From contig NC_058368.1 in the NCBI RefSeq assembly GCF_018350175.1, positions 57,166,001 through 57,230,000 of the forward strand: a stretch of DNA of 64,000 nt, in the 5' to 3' direction. Position 1 is the stretch's first letter. Every line of letters begins with the position of its first letter. Positions 1 to 12,284 of the stretch are shown piece after piece. The notes under the pieces were generated by a model. The model was not told the origin of the DNA. It ran no database searches and saw only the letters and a list, made by a program, of their open reading frames with translations. A program made the translations under genes and the position numbers. Source of the DNA: Felis catus. Taxonomy: Eukaryota.

Positions 1-160
1 CGGTTCATGAGTTCGAGTCCTGCATGGGGTTCTGCGCTGACAGCATGGAGCCCTCTTGGAGTTCTCTTTCTCTTCCTCTCTCTGTGCTCCTCCCCTGCTC
101 TCTCTCTTTCTCTCTCTTTCTCTCAAAAAATGAATAAACTAATAAAAAATTAAAAAATAA
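1..160 (+). mobile_element. Can-SINE, 5' end cut by window edge
   Basis: GAGTTCGAGTCC B-box, GCTGACAGCATGGAGCC core, (CT)n tract, A-rich tail. Confidence 0.9.
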
Positions 161-960
161 GATCTTTCGCCTGAATATTCTATGATATTATGAACTGAGT
201 ACAATTAGCAAATGCCAAACAAAGATTAAGTGCAAGTGACAGTCAGTTACTATATTTGATTTTTGAAAAATACATTGTAAAAAAATCTGCTTGAGACAAA
301 ATATCTGTTGATTATCACTGATCTTTCATTTATAGATGGCAACAAGCTTGATGTTCCTCTATGATATTTATTATGGTCCCACATATGGCGGACCCTTCTC
401 ACAGTGAATGCTGATGCCAGAAAGGAATCATAAGGAAGAAACCCTGCACCTCCTATCCGTTATTACAGCAGTACCCTGATGGATGCAAAGAAAAACTTTC
501 AGCACTGAATAAAAATAAAAGAATGTTTTCACAAGGTACAAACTGTTTTCCATATACTCAAAAAATATAGACATTCAAGGTTAATTATGTTTTCGATAAA
601 TTGCTTTATTTTGTTAGGAAATGTTCCTTCTTATTCTGAGGGTGTTTTCCCTAGCATCTTTCAACATGTTGGATCATGTAAGTCGTTCTAACTTTTCTGT
701 ATCATCTACAGAAATAATTCAGCAATGATATTAAATTATAAAGATGAAACTACAAAAAGAAGCATTTTTAAATACACTTTTCATGTAATGGAAAATACTC
801 TGGTCCTCCTAGAGACCAGCCTCTCCCTCTTATTTTGAAACTTTTACTTTTCTAGTAGCTTAACAATCATGTGTACGTGTGTATGTGGTACTATTCTGGT
901 ACATCCAATTTTTCACAAATGTTGTGTTCTTTCATAGCAACCTAGTCTTGGGTGGTCATT

Positions 961-1181
961 TAGAGTGGCCAACTTTTTCTGTAAATGGCCAAATAGTATA
1001 TATGTTAAGCTTTGTGTGCCTTCCAGTGTCTGCGGCCACTACTCAACTCGGTCCCTGTAGGCACGCCAAAGTGGCCAAGATAAGATGCAAACGGAAGTAC
1101 ATGGCTGTGTTCTAATAAAACTTTACTAAAAAGATAAACAGCAGGTCAGATTGTGTCCACCAAACAGTTTACTGACTGCTA
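961..1181 (+). mobile_element. MER58A-like hAT-Charlie non-autonomous DNA transposon
   Basis: AACTTTTTCTGTAAATGGCCAAATAGT...CTACTCAACTC...GGCTGTGTTCTAATAAAACTTTA motifs in the expected order and length. Confidence 0.85.
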
Positions 1182-1589
1182 CCTAAAGAGTCTTTTAAAA
1201 TCTATTTCATATAATTCTTTTACTAATTTATCTGTTCATTCAGAGGTGCAGAAGGGGGAAAACGAAGCATGATAAGGGAAGAGTAATGTATGGTCTAAAT
1301 AAATGCCGCTGTCTACAATGTGTGGTTTACTAAGTAAGTAACAGTTCATCAGGTATTTGTGATCTGTAAGAGACTGAAAGGAATAAATTTGTAGAAATGA
1401 AAAGTTACCTATTTCAATCTTATACACATAGATATAAATTGAAAAACCTATAAAATCAATCAGGCTTTTCTTCAAAATTCTCTCCACATAGAAATGCATG
1501 AGGGAAATGGCTCATTCCTCAACAGATGAAAATCTATGGGGAAAACAAAGGCAATGCCCCTGGTATTGCCAGACTGCAGGGCACAGTAG

Positions 1590-1735
1590 CATATTGTATT
1601 GCCCTCTGCTTTCTATTGGCAATTGTTTTAGAGTCTGGCAATCACTGCATTTCCCTGAGCTGCAATTTCCTCACCTATGAAAGGAAGAGACTGGTTTAGA
1701 TGATATCTAAAATCCTTCAAGTTTTAAAATTCTAT
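1590..1735 (+). mobile_element. MIR3/MIR fragment
   Basis: TTTCCTCACCTATGAAA core followed by TAGATGATATCTAAAATCCTTC 3' end. Confidence 0.65.
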
Positions 1736-2467
1736 TAAATAGCAACCCATTTCTTACCTGATACCATCAGAGATCACGATGGAAATTCTCTGTCCCTTTT
1801 GTCTTTGTAATAGCAAATCTCATATTACGTTTCGCCTCATGTCTAATGCTGTCATTTCAAATAATCCTAGGCTGACTGCTTATTTCCATTTTTATAATGT
1901 TTCTATATTTTAAGTAGCTTTTTGCTTCTGTTGCCAAAGGAAAAAAAAACATTAAGGATTAACCTTCACTTCTCAATTAAGGTTTTAAATAATGCAACCT
2001 GAAAACTTTTCCTCTCAAAAAATACCCCATGAATGAAAATTACATTTTTTTTTTGGCTTTTCTCTTTGTTGAACTACTTTTTGGATCTGTGGAAGAACAT
2101 CAACAAAGGAGGCAGTCCTTGAAGCAAAACAATTGACAAATAGCTCCTCTAAGCAGTTGACAAAGACTCTGTTATACCACCACACAGCAGTTGGAAAGTT
2201 TAATGGCGAAGAGAAGTAAAGAGCCAAATAATTGACTTTTTAAGAAACAAATCCCTTGAAAATTATAAGGAAGTTGTGGCATCATATGTTACACATGTAA
2301 TAGCTTAACTTTATTAACCTGTTAATGACTAAAACCAACTTCTTAGTAAGCAGAAACATTTCAAGCTTTAAAGTACAGGTAAGATACTTGCCAAACTTCA
2401 CAAGGGCACATTTTAAGAGGGGGGAGATAAAAATTTAAAAAGGGCAGATTAAATAATAAAATGTACA

Positions 2468-2694
2468 GGGGCGCCTGGGTGGTTCAGTCACTTAAGCCTC
2501 CGACTCTTGATTTCAGCTCAGGTCATGATCTCACAGTTCGTGAGGTTGAGCCCCACACCAGGCTCTGTACTGACAGTGTGGAGCATGCTTGGGATTCCTT
2601 CTCTCTCCCTCTCTCTCTGCTCCTTCCCTGCTTGCTCTCTCTCTATCAAAAATTAAAAAAAATAATAAATAAACTTTAAAAAATAAAAATAAAG
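2468..2694 (+). mobile_element. Can-SINE, full length
   Basis: GGGGCGCCTGGGTGG head, CT tract, A tail; TSD AATAAAATGTACA at 2455-2467 and 2695-2707. Confidence 0.95.
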
Positions 2695-3039
2695 AATAAA
2701 ATGTACAATCCTAGGAGCACTTTTATCATGTCGTCAAAAATGTCACAATTTTAATTGTGAAAAATAAGCACCATAGATAGCAACAAACTAAACTTTTATG
2801 TACTACTTTCTTTATGAACTTACTCTGTTGTGACTAAAAATGAGTTAAGTTTATATGTTTCGAGGGGAAGCAAAAGGACTATGGATAGAATGACCTCAAA
2901 CAAGAACATACCTAGAATGAAGACTCGTCTTCTGTACTTTCAAATACTGATGACAGATATGAGCCAAGAGACATATGAGTAAGTTGAAGATTGCTTTTAG
3001 ACATGACTGGTGATGCTGAGACAGAGCCAAAATTGGCTG

Positions 3040-3179
3040 TGAAAGCCTTGCTGCAAATTTTGGCTCTATCCCTTACCAAACACTCGACTTTGTAAAAGTT
3101 ATTGAACCTTGTATTAGCTGTAAAGTTGGATGAACCATCTGTGCCTTATACTTAACAGCTGCTGTGCAGTTCAAAAGAG

Positions 3180-3221
<42 letters not shown>

Positions 3222-3260
3222 CATACACATATATATGTTTAGGAAATGGCAAAACGTTGT
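3040..3260 (+). mobile_element. MIR fragment containing a (TA)n tract
   Basis: GGCTCTATCCCTTACC...GACTTTGTAAAAGTTATTGAACCTT...CTGTAAAGTTGG similarity to the MIR core. Confidence 0.5.
3182..3237. repeat. (TA)n microsatellite
   Basis: direct reading. Confidence 0.95.
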
Positions 3261-3309
3261 AAAATTGGAAGCCAAGTTCCCAAGTTCCTCTGGAAGCACA
3301 GAGAAAGAG

Positions 3310-3480
3310 GAGCAAATGAACTGCAAACCTGCAGAATTGCACCGGTTGCTAGTCCTGTCTGCCTCTAACCAGGTGACTTCGGGTGAGTCAGTCCCTCCCC
3401 TCTGAAATCTCTTTGTTGGAAAACAAGAGAAATGTTGCTTTAGATGGTCTCCATGCCCACTTTGGCCTGAACTTCTATTA
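3310..3480 (+). mobile_element. MIR3 fragment
   Basis: CTAGTCCTGTCTGCCTCTAACCAGGTGACTTCGGGTGAGTCA...TAGATGGTCTC. Confidence 0.55.
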
Positions 3481-3596
3481 TTTATAATAGAAAACTCTTC
3501 CTCAGGGTCTGGTTTCTCCTGTCAGCTTATCTTCTCCTTGAGTGAACTCATTTACTGCTGAATTGGCATAACTATTCATGTTACCATTTATTTTTA

Positions 3597-3824
3597 TTTA
3601 TTTATTTAAAATTTTGTTAATGTTTATTTATTTTTGAGAGAGAAAGAGAGAGAGAGAGAGCAAGCATGGGAGGGGCAGAGAGAGACGGAGACACAGAATC
3701 CAAAGCAGGCTCCAGACTCTGTGCTGGTAGCGAGAGCCTGAAGCTGGACTCCAGCTCATGAGCTGCAAGATCATGACCTGGGCTGAAGTCGGATGCTCAA
3801 TCGACTGAGTCACCCAGACGCCCC
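3597..3824 (-). mobile_element. Can-SINE, full length
   Basis: reverse-complement head CACCCAGACGCCCC, (GA)n tract, T tail; TSD ACCA(T/C)TTATTTTTA. Confidence 0.95.
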
Positions 3825-4239
3825 ACCACTTATTTTTAAAAATATTATAAAATACTAGTCAAAGACTAGTTTTTTATAAGTTTGACTATATATTTTATAA
3901 GTATTGACTAGTATTTTATAAGTTGTTGAGTCCTAGTCTATATCTCCAGTTCCAAATTCTTCCCAAAGGTCAAAACCTTCTCCTGCATATGCTAGAAATA
4001 CATGAAATACATGTGAAATTAATAATAATTTAAATATAATAGTTTAAAAATAACTAAATCACTATCTTCCCCATATTCAGAAATCAAAACAAAATACTCT
4101 TTCTTTGTAAGTCCTTACTCAGTTGGTGGCACTAAAAGCCATCTTAGTAAGTTGGTTTAAAATAAGAAGAGAAAAAGAGAATCAGTCCATCATTCTGTAA
4201 ACCAATTAATTACGAGTACTATAAAACTTATTTCTTCCA

Positions 4240-4745
4240 ATATTTGCTTTTTCTACATTTTCTAAAAGGTAATATCAAAACAGGCCACTTGGAAAAACCC
4301 TACAAAAATAGAAATAAATAACCTAAAAAGAGAAATACACCTATTATCCTATTCCTCAAGTCTAAACATTGTTAAGTGTATAGTATGCCATTATTTTCTA
4401 CACATTATTAAATATATAAATATTACATTATGACACTAAAATAATATTTATAATGCTTGATGAATTTAATTTCACACATAATTAAACATGAAAATCTTTT
4501 TGTGACATATATATGAATATATATTTCCTAATTCATTCTTTTCAAAAGTCACACAATAATTCATCCTAAGAACAGGTAATTAGATTGTTTGCTATTTTTA
4601 TAACATTCAAAAATTACTAGAGTGAATATATACCTTTATATAATAAAAAAAGCAAATATATACTCACATAGATAAATATATGTATACACAATACCTATAT
4701 ATACACATTATATACATTTGATCTTTGTTTTTTAGAAGGTAAAAC
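4240..4745 (-). mobile_element. Old L1 (L1ME-like) 3' fragment
   Basis: ATTCATTCTTTT...TTAGATTGTTT...AGTGAATATATACCTTTATA pattern of antisense L1ME. Confidence 0.5.
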
Positions 4746-5489
4746 TTCTGCTTTTCAAAAATTAGTTTTTCACTCTCATTTACTACTGCCCTAATTCAGA
4801 GACTTATAGTGTCTTTTCTGTGTCACCATGACAATTTCTTAACTGTTGCCAATGACTACAAGCTTTTGGTCTTTAAACCTGTTTTCCACATCACCAGTCA
4901 AGTGTTTTATTTAAAACAGAAGTGAAAACATGACAGTGCTCTGCTTAAATGTGATACTATCTTCCAGAACCTCGTAAGATAAAGCCAAGGGTCGTAGACT
5001 GTCTACAAATCCTCCATGATGCTGTCTTCATTTTTCTTGTATTCTCTAGTATTAGCCAATCTCATCTCTTTTGCCAACTCCAAATTAAATTATAACATTA
5101 CTGTCATTTACACTGCATTGGGGCTAAGGGGGTATTTTCATTTGCCTGCAAGGCCTTTCCTACATTTTTGAATGCCTTAGTTTCATTTTCCTCTAAGGCT
5201 CAGTTCAAATCTTGTATTCACCAAGAGGCTTTCAGTATACCCACAGACTGGGTTATATAGGCACTTTATTCGTCCTTCACTTCCAAAGTCCTATCACCAC
5301 TTTACCCTCTCATTTTAAAGTTCTCAAACTTTATATGTCATGCTTGATGCCTAGTATTCTGTAAAATATCCAGTCATAGCCTGCTGAACGTAATGGAGTT
5401 TAGACCTATAAGATTAATAAAACCTTAGCTTAACCTAGACTTTGCCAGTTGTCTAAAAATAATTCGAAACTGTGAATTGTCCTAGGTTT

Positions 5490-5650
5490 AGAATCAATGT
5501 CTGTGAGTGGCACTTGGCGGTCATCTAAGTCCTTGCGATTTATTATCTCTCTAAACTCCTAAATGGAGACCCTTAGCTCATCAAATGGTCCTCCTACAAA
5601 AGTCAGAGCCAAGACTGGTAAAGGATCTAAGCTTTTTAGAAGCAAAAGAC
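5490..5650 (-). mobile_element. MIR3 fragment
   Basis: CACTTGGCGGTCATCTAAGTCC...AGTCAGAGCCAAGACT. Confidence 0.45.
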
Positions 5651-6159
5651 TACATTTATACCTTTGTACTCATTTTGCACTTAACACATTTCATGTTACT
5701 TTCACTGAGAATGAGATGCCCATAATGAGAAAGAGGGAAATAAAAATGACCTCTTGATATTAAACCTGTAGCATCTTTACAAAGTGGGCAAGAGCATAGG
5801 CTTATATGATAGTAGGGAAATCTTCCAGATTTATTTGGTAGAAAATAAACCATTAGTCAATAAGGGAAATTTTTTTTTAATTAAAAAAAGTCTTAGCAAA
5901 ATTCAGCATTGCCGTTCAATATAACTGTCTAAGAAAAAGTTTGCTTAGCTGTGGACTTCTACACTAATGCCTCATTAACTTTTCAACCAAATTTCTTATT
6001 AGGATCCCATGTTCACAAAGTGAGGAATCTTCAAAATAATCAATAATCAGTATAGCTTGGGCACCAAAGAATGAGTGCTACACTCAGTAGGAATGACATC
6101 AGCTATACACAACTGTGATGGTCATAGTAGTGGATACTTACTGGACATCAGCTTTGTTA

Positions 6160-6608
6160 CTACGTTAGTTCCCTAAGAATGCTGTGAAAAAGTATGATAA
6201 ACTAAGTGGAATAAACTACAAAAATTTATTCTCTCACAGTCTGGAGACTAGAAGTCTGAAATCAAGGTATTAAGTAGGCTCAGTCCCTCTGAAACCCTGG
6301 GTGGAATCTTTCTTTGCCTCTTCCTGCCTTCTGGTGGTGACAGTCAATCCTCCTGCTTCCTTGGCTCGAAGCAGCATCCCTGTGATCTTCGCTTCTATCA
6401 CCATATAGTATTCTTGTGTGTGTCTCTCACCTCTTCTTATAAAGGGCAACATTCATATTGGACTAATGGCTCACCCTATTCCAGTATGACTTTATCTTAA
6501 ATTAATTACATCTGTAAAGACTCTGTTTTCGAATACGGGCACATTAGTAGACACTAGGGGAGAAGACTTCAACGTATCTTTTTGGAAGACACAATTCAGC
6601 TCATAACA
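6160..6608 (-). mobile_element. MaLR solo LTR (MLT1C/MLT1B-like)
   Basis: AAATTTATTCTCTCACAGTCTGGAGACTAGAAGTCTGAAATCAAGGT, ending GACACAATTCAGCTCATAACA. Confidence 0.88.
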
Positions 6609-8816
6609 GTTAATAGGTAACTGTCTTCTTTCATTGTCTTCTCAGGTATAACTTACTCCTTGGAACATATTGTCACATGGAATTCCAAAATTGTTATTAC
6701 TGAGGGCACGTCTGCAATTTATTGAAAGAAAAAAAAGGAAAGTTTTCCAAGAAAATGACCAACATGGATAAGCCATCCAATATGCACAGCCAATAGTAAA
6801 TACCTTAGTCTACAAGGTTCAAGGACAGACTTTGGATGTTAGAATGTTCTCCCAAGTATATGTCCTGTTGAGAGCCCTTTCAAAAACAGAAAAAAAAAAA
6901 AAAAAACCCTTGTTAAGTTTCTTCTACGCTATATTCACAGTAAGGATGCAAATATTTATTTCCTATTTGTTCGATATAACAAATAGGATTAAAAAAAGCT
7001 ATCAGTAAAAAAAAAAAAATCTTGCCCTCATAAGAAATGCCATCATGGTAATAAGTAAGAAATGCATGTTCCATGAAGTATAGCTCTGAAGCTTCACTCA
7101 CACCCAAAAATATGCCCTTAACTTTCTCACTAACTGTGCCCTCAAGATGTCACAGAAACAGAATTAAGATCTACCCATTTTTCCACAATATAGGAGTTCT
7201 TTACTTTGTTCCATACTAAATCAAAGATACTCAGCTAACAGAGACAAGGACAATGATAAGAAAAGAGACAATCAGAGTTGCCTGGAATGCCTTTTCCACC
7301 TACACTTTGATTTGGGTTCTGAGAACACCAATCCTTCCACCTCCATGACACCCATGAAAGCCAGAGTTTAAGGAGACACTCTTTCTGATGGTAGTTGGGG
7401 TATTCTCAGTTGTGTTTGAATTTAAAAAAGACAAGTAAAGAATTCCCAATCTCGAGAATGGCGACTAAGTGCTGTGAAAGAATGAAACTTATCTAAGGCA
7501 TCTTTCCATTAGTATATTTGCTTTTGCATCTGCAGTAGACAGGAATTTTTCAGAGATGCATGGGGAAATATTAAGGTGAAGAAAAAACATATGTAAATTT
7601 ATGAATAGCAAAAGAAAACAAATAAACATAAAACCGAAGACCTGCTAAGCATGGAAAACAAGCCCACACATGGTGGAGTAGTGAGCTCTGGGTTTAATAT
7701 GATTTGGCTGTAGGCAGGCTTTTTTCGTTTTGTCCCAGCTTTGATTTTGCTGAACTATCTTAATTCAGACATTAAAGAGAGGTAACACGTTGTAGTAAAT
7801 GTTTGAATATTTATATGCTTTTACATTTGGAAGAAGCTTCCAATACCCAACAAATACTTAAGAGAATTACAAGAGGAGTTTTTGTTCAGCAGAAATGGAA
7901 AATCGAGGGCTTTGCTATGTTATCAGAGGAAATTACTGCGTTGTAAGCTGAGCTCCTTGCAGCTTTAGAAAGTGATGGTACTACACATTAGGTAAAACAA
8001 TAGAAATCTTTGCTGAAAATATTAGGAGAAACAGCTTCTGGCATCCAATGTTGCTTTGTAGCGTGGAAGAAAATTATTGCGGGCATTATTTATAAAACAA
8101 GCTTTGTAGAGAAATAACCTTTCCAGGACTCAGTGGCATTAAGTAGTACAAAGCAACTGCTAAAATCTATGTCAAGTGTTCCAACTAATATTAGTGAGGA
8201 AGCCATTGCAATAAGCAAAATATCTTGATTCTTAAATAGTCGTGATGTTAAAAGTGTTCTACATTCCAAATGTAAAAAGCTATACCTTGTATTAATTAAC
8301 CTAAATATTCCTTGTCAGGCTTGGTATCAGAGCACTGAGAGCTGCCAGAGCCGTAATTGTGTGTGAGTCCTGAATTTTTGCCAGTTCTGGATGCAGGCTA
8401 ATTAGCATATTCATAAGTCACAGACTTGTGCAGGTGCCAGAATGCTGCAAAATGTTTTGTGACTATTTGTTACAGCAGTAGAGGCAAATAGTAAATTACC
8501 CTTTAAAAAAACACCATTATATACCACAAAACATAACATGCCATGCTATAAAATAACTGCAAAGGCTTTTTTAGCAATTATTCCACAACAAATGAAGAAA
8601 TACTTTTTCTGAGCAATGTAAATGATAAGGATCCAGAGGAGAGGACACAAAATGAGATATTTGTACATTCCATGAATTAGAAATAGGTTTTAGGTTTGTT
8701 AAGTGATCAGTTAACATTTTCTGGATAGATAATATTCCATGTTCGAGAGAACAATTAGAATTCAGAAATTATATTCCTACTAAAATTGAAATCTTACTTT
8801 ATTTCTCAAATATCTT

Positions 8817-8899
8817 TATATATATACATATATATACTATATACTATACTATATATATATAATATATATATACTATATACTATACTATGTATATATATA
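8817..8899. repeat. Degenerate (TA)n/(TATAC)n tract with internal tandem duplication
   Basis: direct reading. Confidence 0.9.
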
Positions 8900-9322
8900 G
8901 TCTTATATAAGTATAATATTCATTAATAATCACCCTCATCTGGGAAACTGATTCCTTAGAGTATAAAAATTTCAGTGATACTGCTTAGGTGTATGAGCAG
9001 TATCATTGAAATTTTTATACTCTAGGGGCGCCTGGGTGGCGCAGTCGGTTAAGCGTCCGACTTCAGCCAGGTCATGATCTCGCGGTCCGTGAGTTCGAGC
9101 CCCGCGTCAGGCTCTGGGCTGATGGCTCAGAGCCTGGAGCCTGTTTCGGATTCTGTGTCTCCCTCTCTCTCTGCCCCTCCCCCGTTCATGCTCTGTCTCT
9201 CTCTGTCCCAAAAATAAATAAACGTTGAAAAAAATATTAAAAAAAAAAGAAATTTTTATACTCTAAGGAATCAGTTTCCCAGATGAGGGTGATTATTAAT
9301 GAATATTATACTTATATAAGAC
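8900..9322. repeat. 86-bp inverted repeat (left arm 8900-8985; right arm 8996-9024 plus 9266-9322), 10-nt loop, right arm split by a SINE
   Basis: arms aligned by hand: 85/86 complementary once the SINE and one TSD copy are removed. Confidence 0.93.
9025..9248 (+). mobile_element. Young cat-type SINE (SINEC_Fc-like)
   Basis: near-consensus CpG-rich body (GGCGCAGTCGGTTAAGCGTCCGACTTCAGCCAGG); perfect 17-bp TSD GAAATTTTTATACTCTA at 9008-9024 and 9249-9265. Confidence 0.97.
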
Positions 9323-9544
9323 AATAGAATGAAATAAAATACATACTGCAATCATAATTGAAAATATAATTTTCAATACTTCAATTAAATTTACTATACA
9401 TTTTAATTCCTAATTGGAGTTTGTATTACCTGAAAAATTTTAGAAATTAAAAGGAAAAATAACAACACTGAGATTAACATCTTTCTTATTTTTCTTATAG
9501 TGTATAGGTATCTTGTCTTTGCTACTGTGATCTTTAACTTAATT

Positions 9545-9730
9545 ACATTTTATTTTCAACAAACATCTATTAAGTACCGTCTTATGTGTGAGACACTATT
9601 AAATGATTTGGGAATAAAAGATGAACAAAACACAGTTTCTAAAGGAGCTCACAGTATAGTGAGGGAGACAGACAAAAAATTAGCAAATTCCAAAATAATA
9701 TAACACACGCCATGAGAGACTTATGCCTGG
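9545..9730 (-). mobile_element. L2 3' end
   Basis: TTCAACAAACATCTATTAAGTACC...GGAGCTCACAGTATAGTGAGGGAGACAGAC. Confidence 0.75.
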
Positions 9731-10431
9731 GGACCTATTCTCTTCATTCTCATTTTTCCCAGTTGTAAAAATGATAGTCTCAATTTGAAATGTTATGTTA
9801 GGTGATCAAAACTTCAGGCAGACAAAAATAAGTAGGGTAATTTGATCTTTCCATCTTCCTCAAGTTTGAGTCATCAGACTGAAGAAAAGTACAAGCAGAC
9901 AAGGGAACATCTTAAAATAAATGTCAGTAACAGCTGTGGATTTTCTACTGGCAATAAGCCAACTAGGTGTGAAAGTGAAAGTCTGGAGAACTTGTGAGCC
10001 TCAAGGTGCATAGTCTTCAGAACTGGAATTTGTTATGACCAGATAACTAAAACACTAATGAGAAAGGACTCGTTTTGGTAACATTACTTGGAAATTTTTC
10101 AAACAGACAGAATATTTTCCTCATTAACCTAAGTACATTTTGCTGTCAGTTGTTTGCTGCATTCTTGGAATGAAAGCAAAAAGGAAACATATTAGCAGTA
10201 TGTTTGCTCTGACTCTTGCAGTTGTCTCTTTGCCTCCCCTTCTGATCTCAGAAATCTTCATCATAAAAATCATACCTTGTACTCTTTTATAATTCAGATT
10301 TGTTCTCAAGTGAGAAAAGTAAATAATATTCTCACCTTGCAACTGATTCATCTTTTCCATTGGACAGAGGGGTACTAGAGCAGTAATGGCATCTCTATTT
10401 CTGTCTCTGTTTCTGTCTGTCTCTTGCATAT

Positions 10432-10432
<1 letters not shown>

Positions 10433-10469
<37 letters not shown>
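10433..10469. repeat. (CA)n microsatellite
   Basis: direct reading. Confidence 0.95.
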
Positions 10470-10471
<2 letters not shown>

Positions 10472-11415
10472 GCACAGCTTTGACACACAAAAAAAGAAAA
10501 ACAAATGGTCACCAATTGTATAATCAACATGACCTCTTTGGTTAGTCAATAGGTACCACATAGAAGTTAAAAACCTGATAGTATATATATTTTGCTTATA
10601 TTCATCATCAAACTACTTATTTTCCTGATTTTTGTATATGCCTAATGTTAGAGCTTTAGAAGCAGGACTCAGATAAAAGCTAAAACCTATGTATCTAACA
10701 TTTTTTCTATTTAAATAACAGGAATTTTTATTTGAAAACAATTCCAATGAGCATTACAATGGTTTGTGATCAGCATTTGGATGGAAAGGTAAATCCTCCA
10801 TTTTAATACTTAGCTTATCTCCTTAGATTTAATTTTATGCCTTGTCTCAGTCTTAATTATAAGAAACAATATCGAGATAAGTCTACCAAATGGGCTATCA
10901 TATGCTATAGAATACAGTTTGGAACTGAAATTCTAACTTTCATTTTTGGTTTAAAAGCTATCCAAAGCACATAGAGAAGCTTTTCCTCAATTAGTTGTCT
11001 TTTCTTGACCTTTTAAACAGACTCCAAATCATATAAACATATTTTAAGATTCACTTTTTTTCTATATCCTCTTCTTGCTTATGAAAATTCAATTTTAAAT
11101 TGGTAATTTAACATTATCCATTCTCTCTGTGTTTTGGAGAAAATAACCTTTTAATTTTTTCCTTAGAAAACAGAACATTAATTCAAGATCCTCCCTATTA
11201 AATATATTATCATAGTCTACAACATTTCTTTATGAGTAATATAAATGCAAAACATGAATCTGCCACATCTCATTGATTCTCTCTTCCTTATTTCTCTTGA
11301 CCTCTATGTGCTTCAATATGTGCTGCCACAAATCAAAACTTCCTAGAGCAAAACTTTCCTGCAAGAGTAAAATAAAACGAACAAAAATAGGATGTCCTAT
11401 TTTTTTCTACAGAGA

Positions 11416-11417
<2 letters not shown>

Positions 11418-11466
<49 letters not shown>
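11418..11466. repeat. (CA)n microsatellite
   Basis: direct reading. Confidence 0.95.
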
Positions 11467-11467
<1 letters not shown>

Positions 11468-11795
11468 TTGTCTGATTAAAAAGTTGTACTAAATAAGTAT
11501 TATTAAAAATAGTCCCTAAAAATCGTAACCAAATTACTGCAGATGATATTTAAACTTTTTTATCCTGAATTAAGTGCTGTTTTCAAGGGTAATGTGGTCA
11601 TCTTGTTGACTATCATTTGACAGGCTCTGGGGATGCTGGAACTTTCTTAGGATTTGGAGTAAAGGTAGTGACTGATTGCTGATACTATTTCTTCTGCAGA
11701 GATCTGCACCTAAAGTATCTTTAAGGAAGTAGGTTGTTTTGCTGTTTTGTGTTTATGGTGGAGGTAGGTTATATAAAACTCACTTCAGTTTTCTT

Positions 11796-11929
11796 TTTTT
11801 TTGTTTGTATAAGTAGGCTTTACATCCAGTGTGGGGCCCAAGGTGGGGCTTGAACTCACCACCCTCAGATCAACACCTGAGTGGAGACCAAGAGTCAGAC
11901 ATTATTCAACTGAGCCACCCAAGCGCCCC
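11796..11929 (-). mobile_element. Older short Can-SINE lacking the CT tract
   Basis: TGAGCCACCCAAGCGCCCC head, TAAGTAGGCT end; TSD AGTTTTCTT. Confidence 0.88.
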
Positions 11930-12284
11930 TAGTTTTCTTACGTTTTTAGACTGTTTTTCATGTAAGCGTCAATACAAATTACCCATATAAAAATATTGAA
12001 AGCCACTGGAAATTAAATACTGATTTAAAATAAATAGAAAATATTGGGTGCTGATAAGTGCAAATGGCTCCCTTCCCCTGTTATTCTTGGAATCTATTCA
12101 TTTGTGCATTCATCAGACTTATGTGGAGGATATACTTTGTTCTCAGCCCAATACTACACCCAGGAGTTAAAAGATAATAAAGAATACTGTTAAGAAGGTG
12201 GTAAATATGCAAGAATATGATTATAATTAAATTACAAAAACGCAATAATAAAAATACTGAAAACATTATAATGAAGACAGAATT

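Larger units (their letters stand above)
3490..5400 (+). mobile_element. Fragmented L2 3' region, interrupted by a SINE and an old L1
   Basis: pyrimidine-rich L2-like blocks (TATATCTCCAG, CTACTGCCCTAATTCAG, CTCTGCTTAAA, AAGGCTCAGTTCAAAT). Confidence 0.55.
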
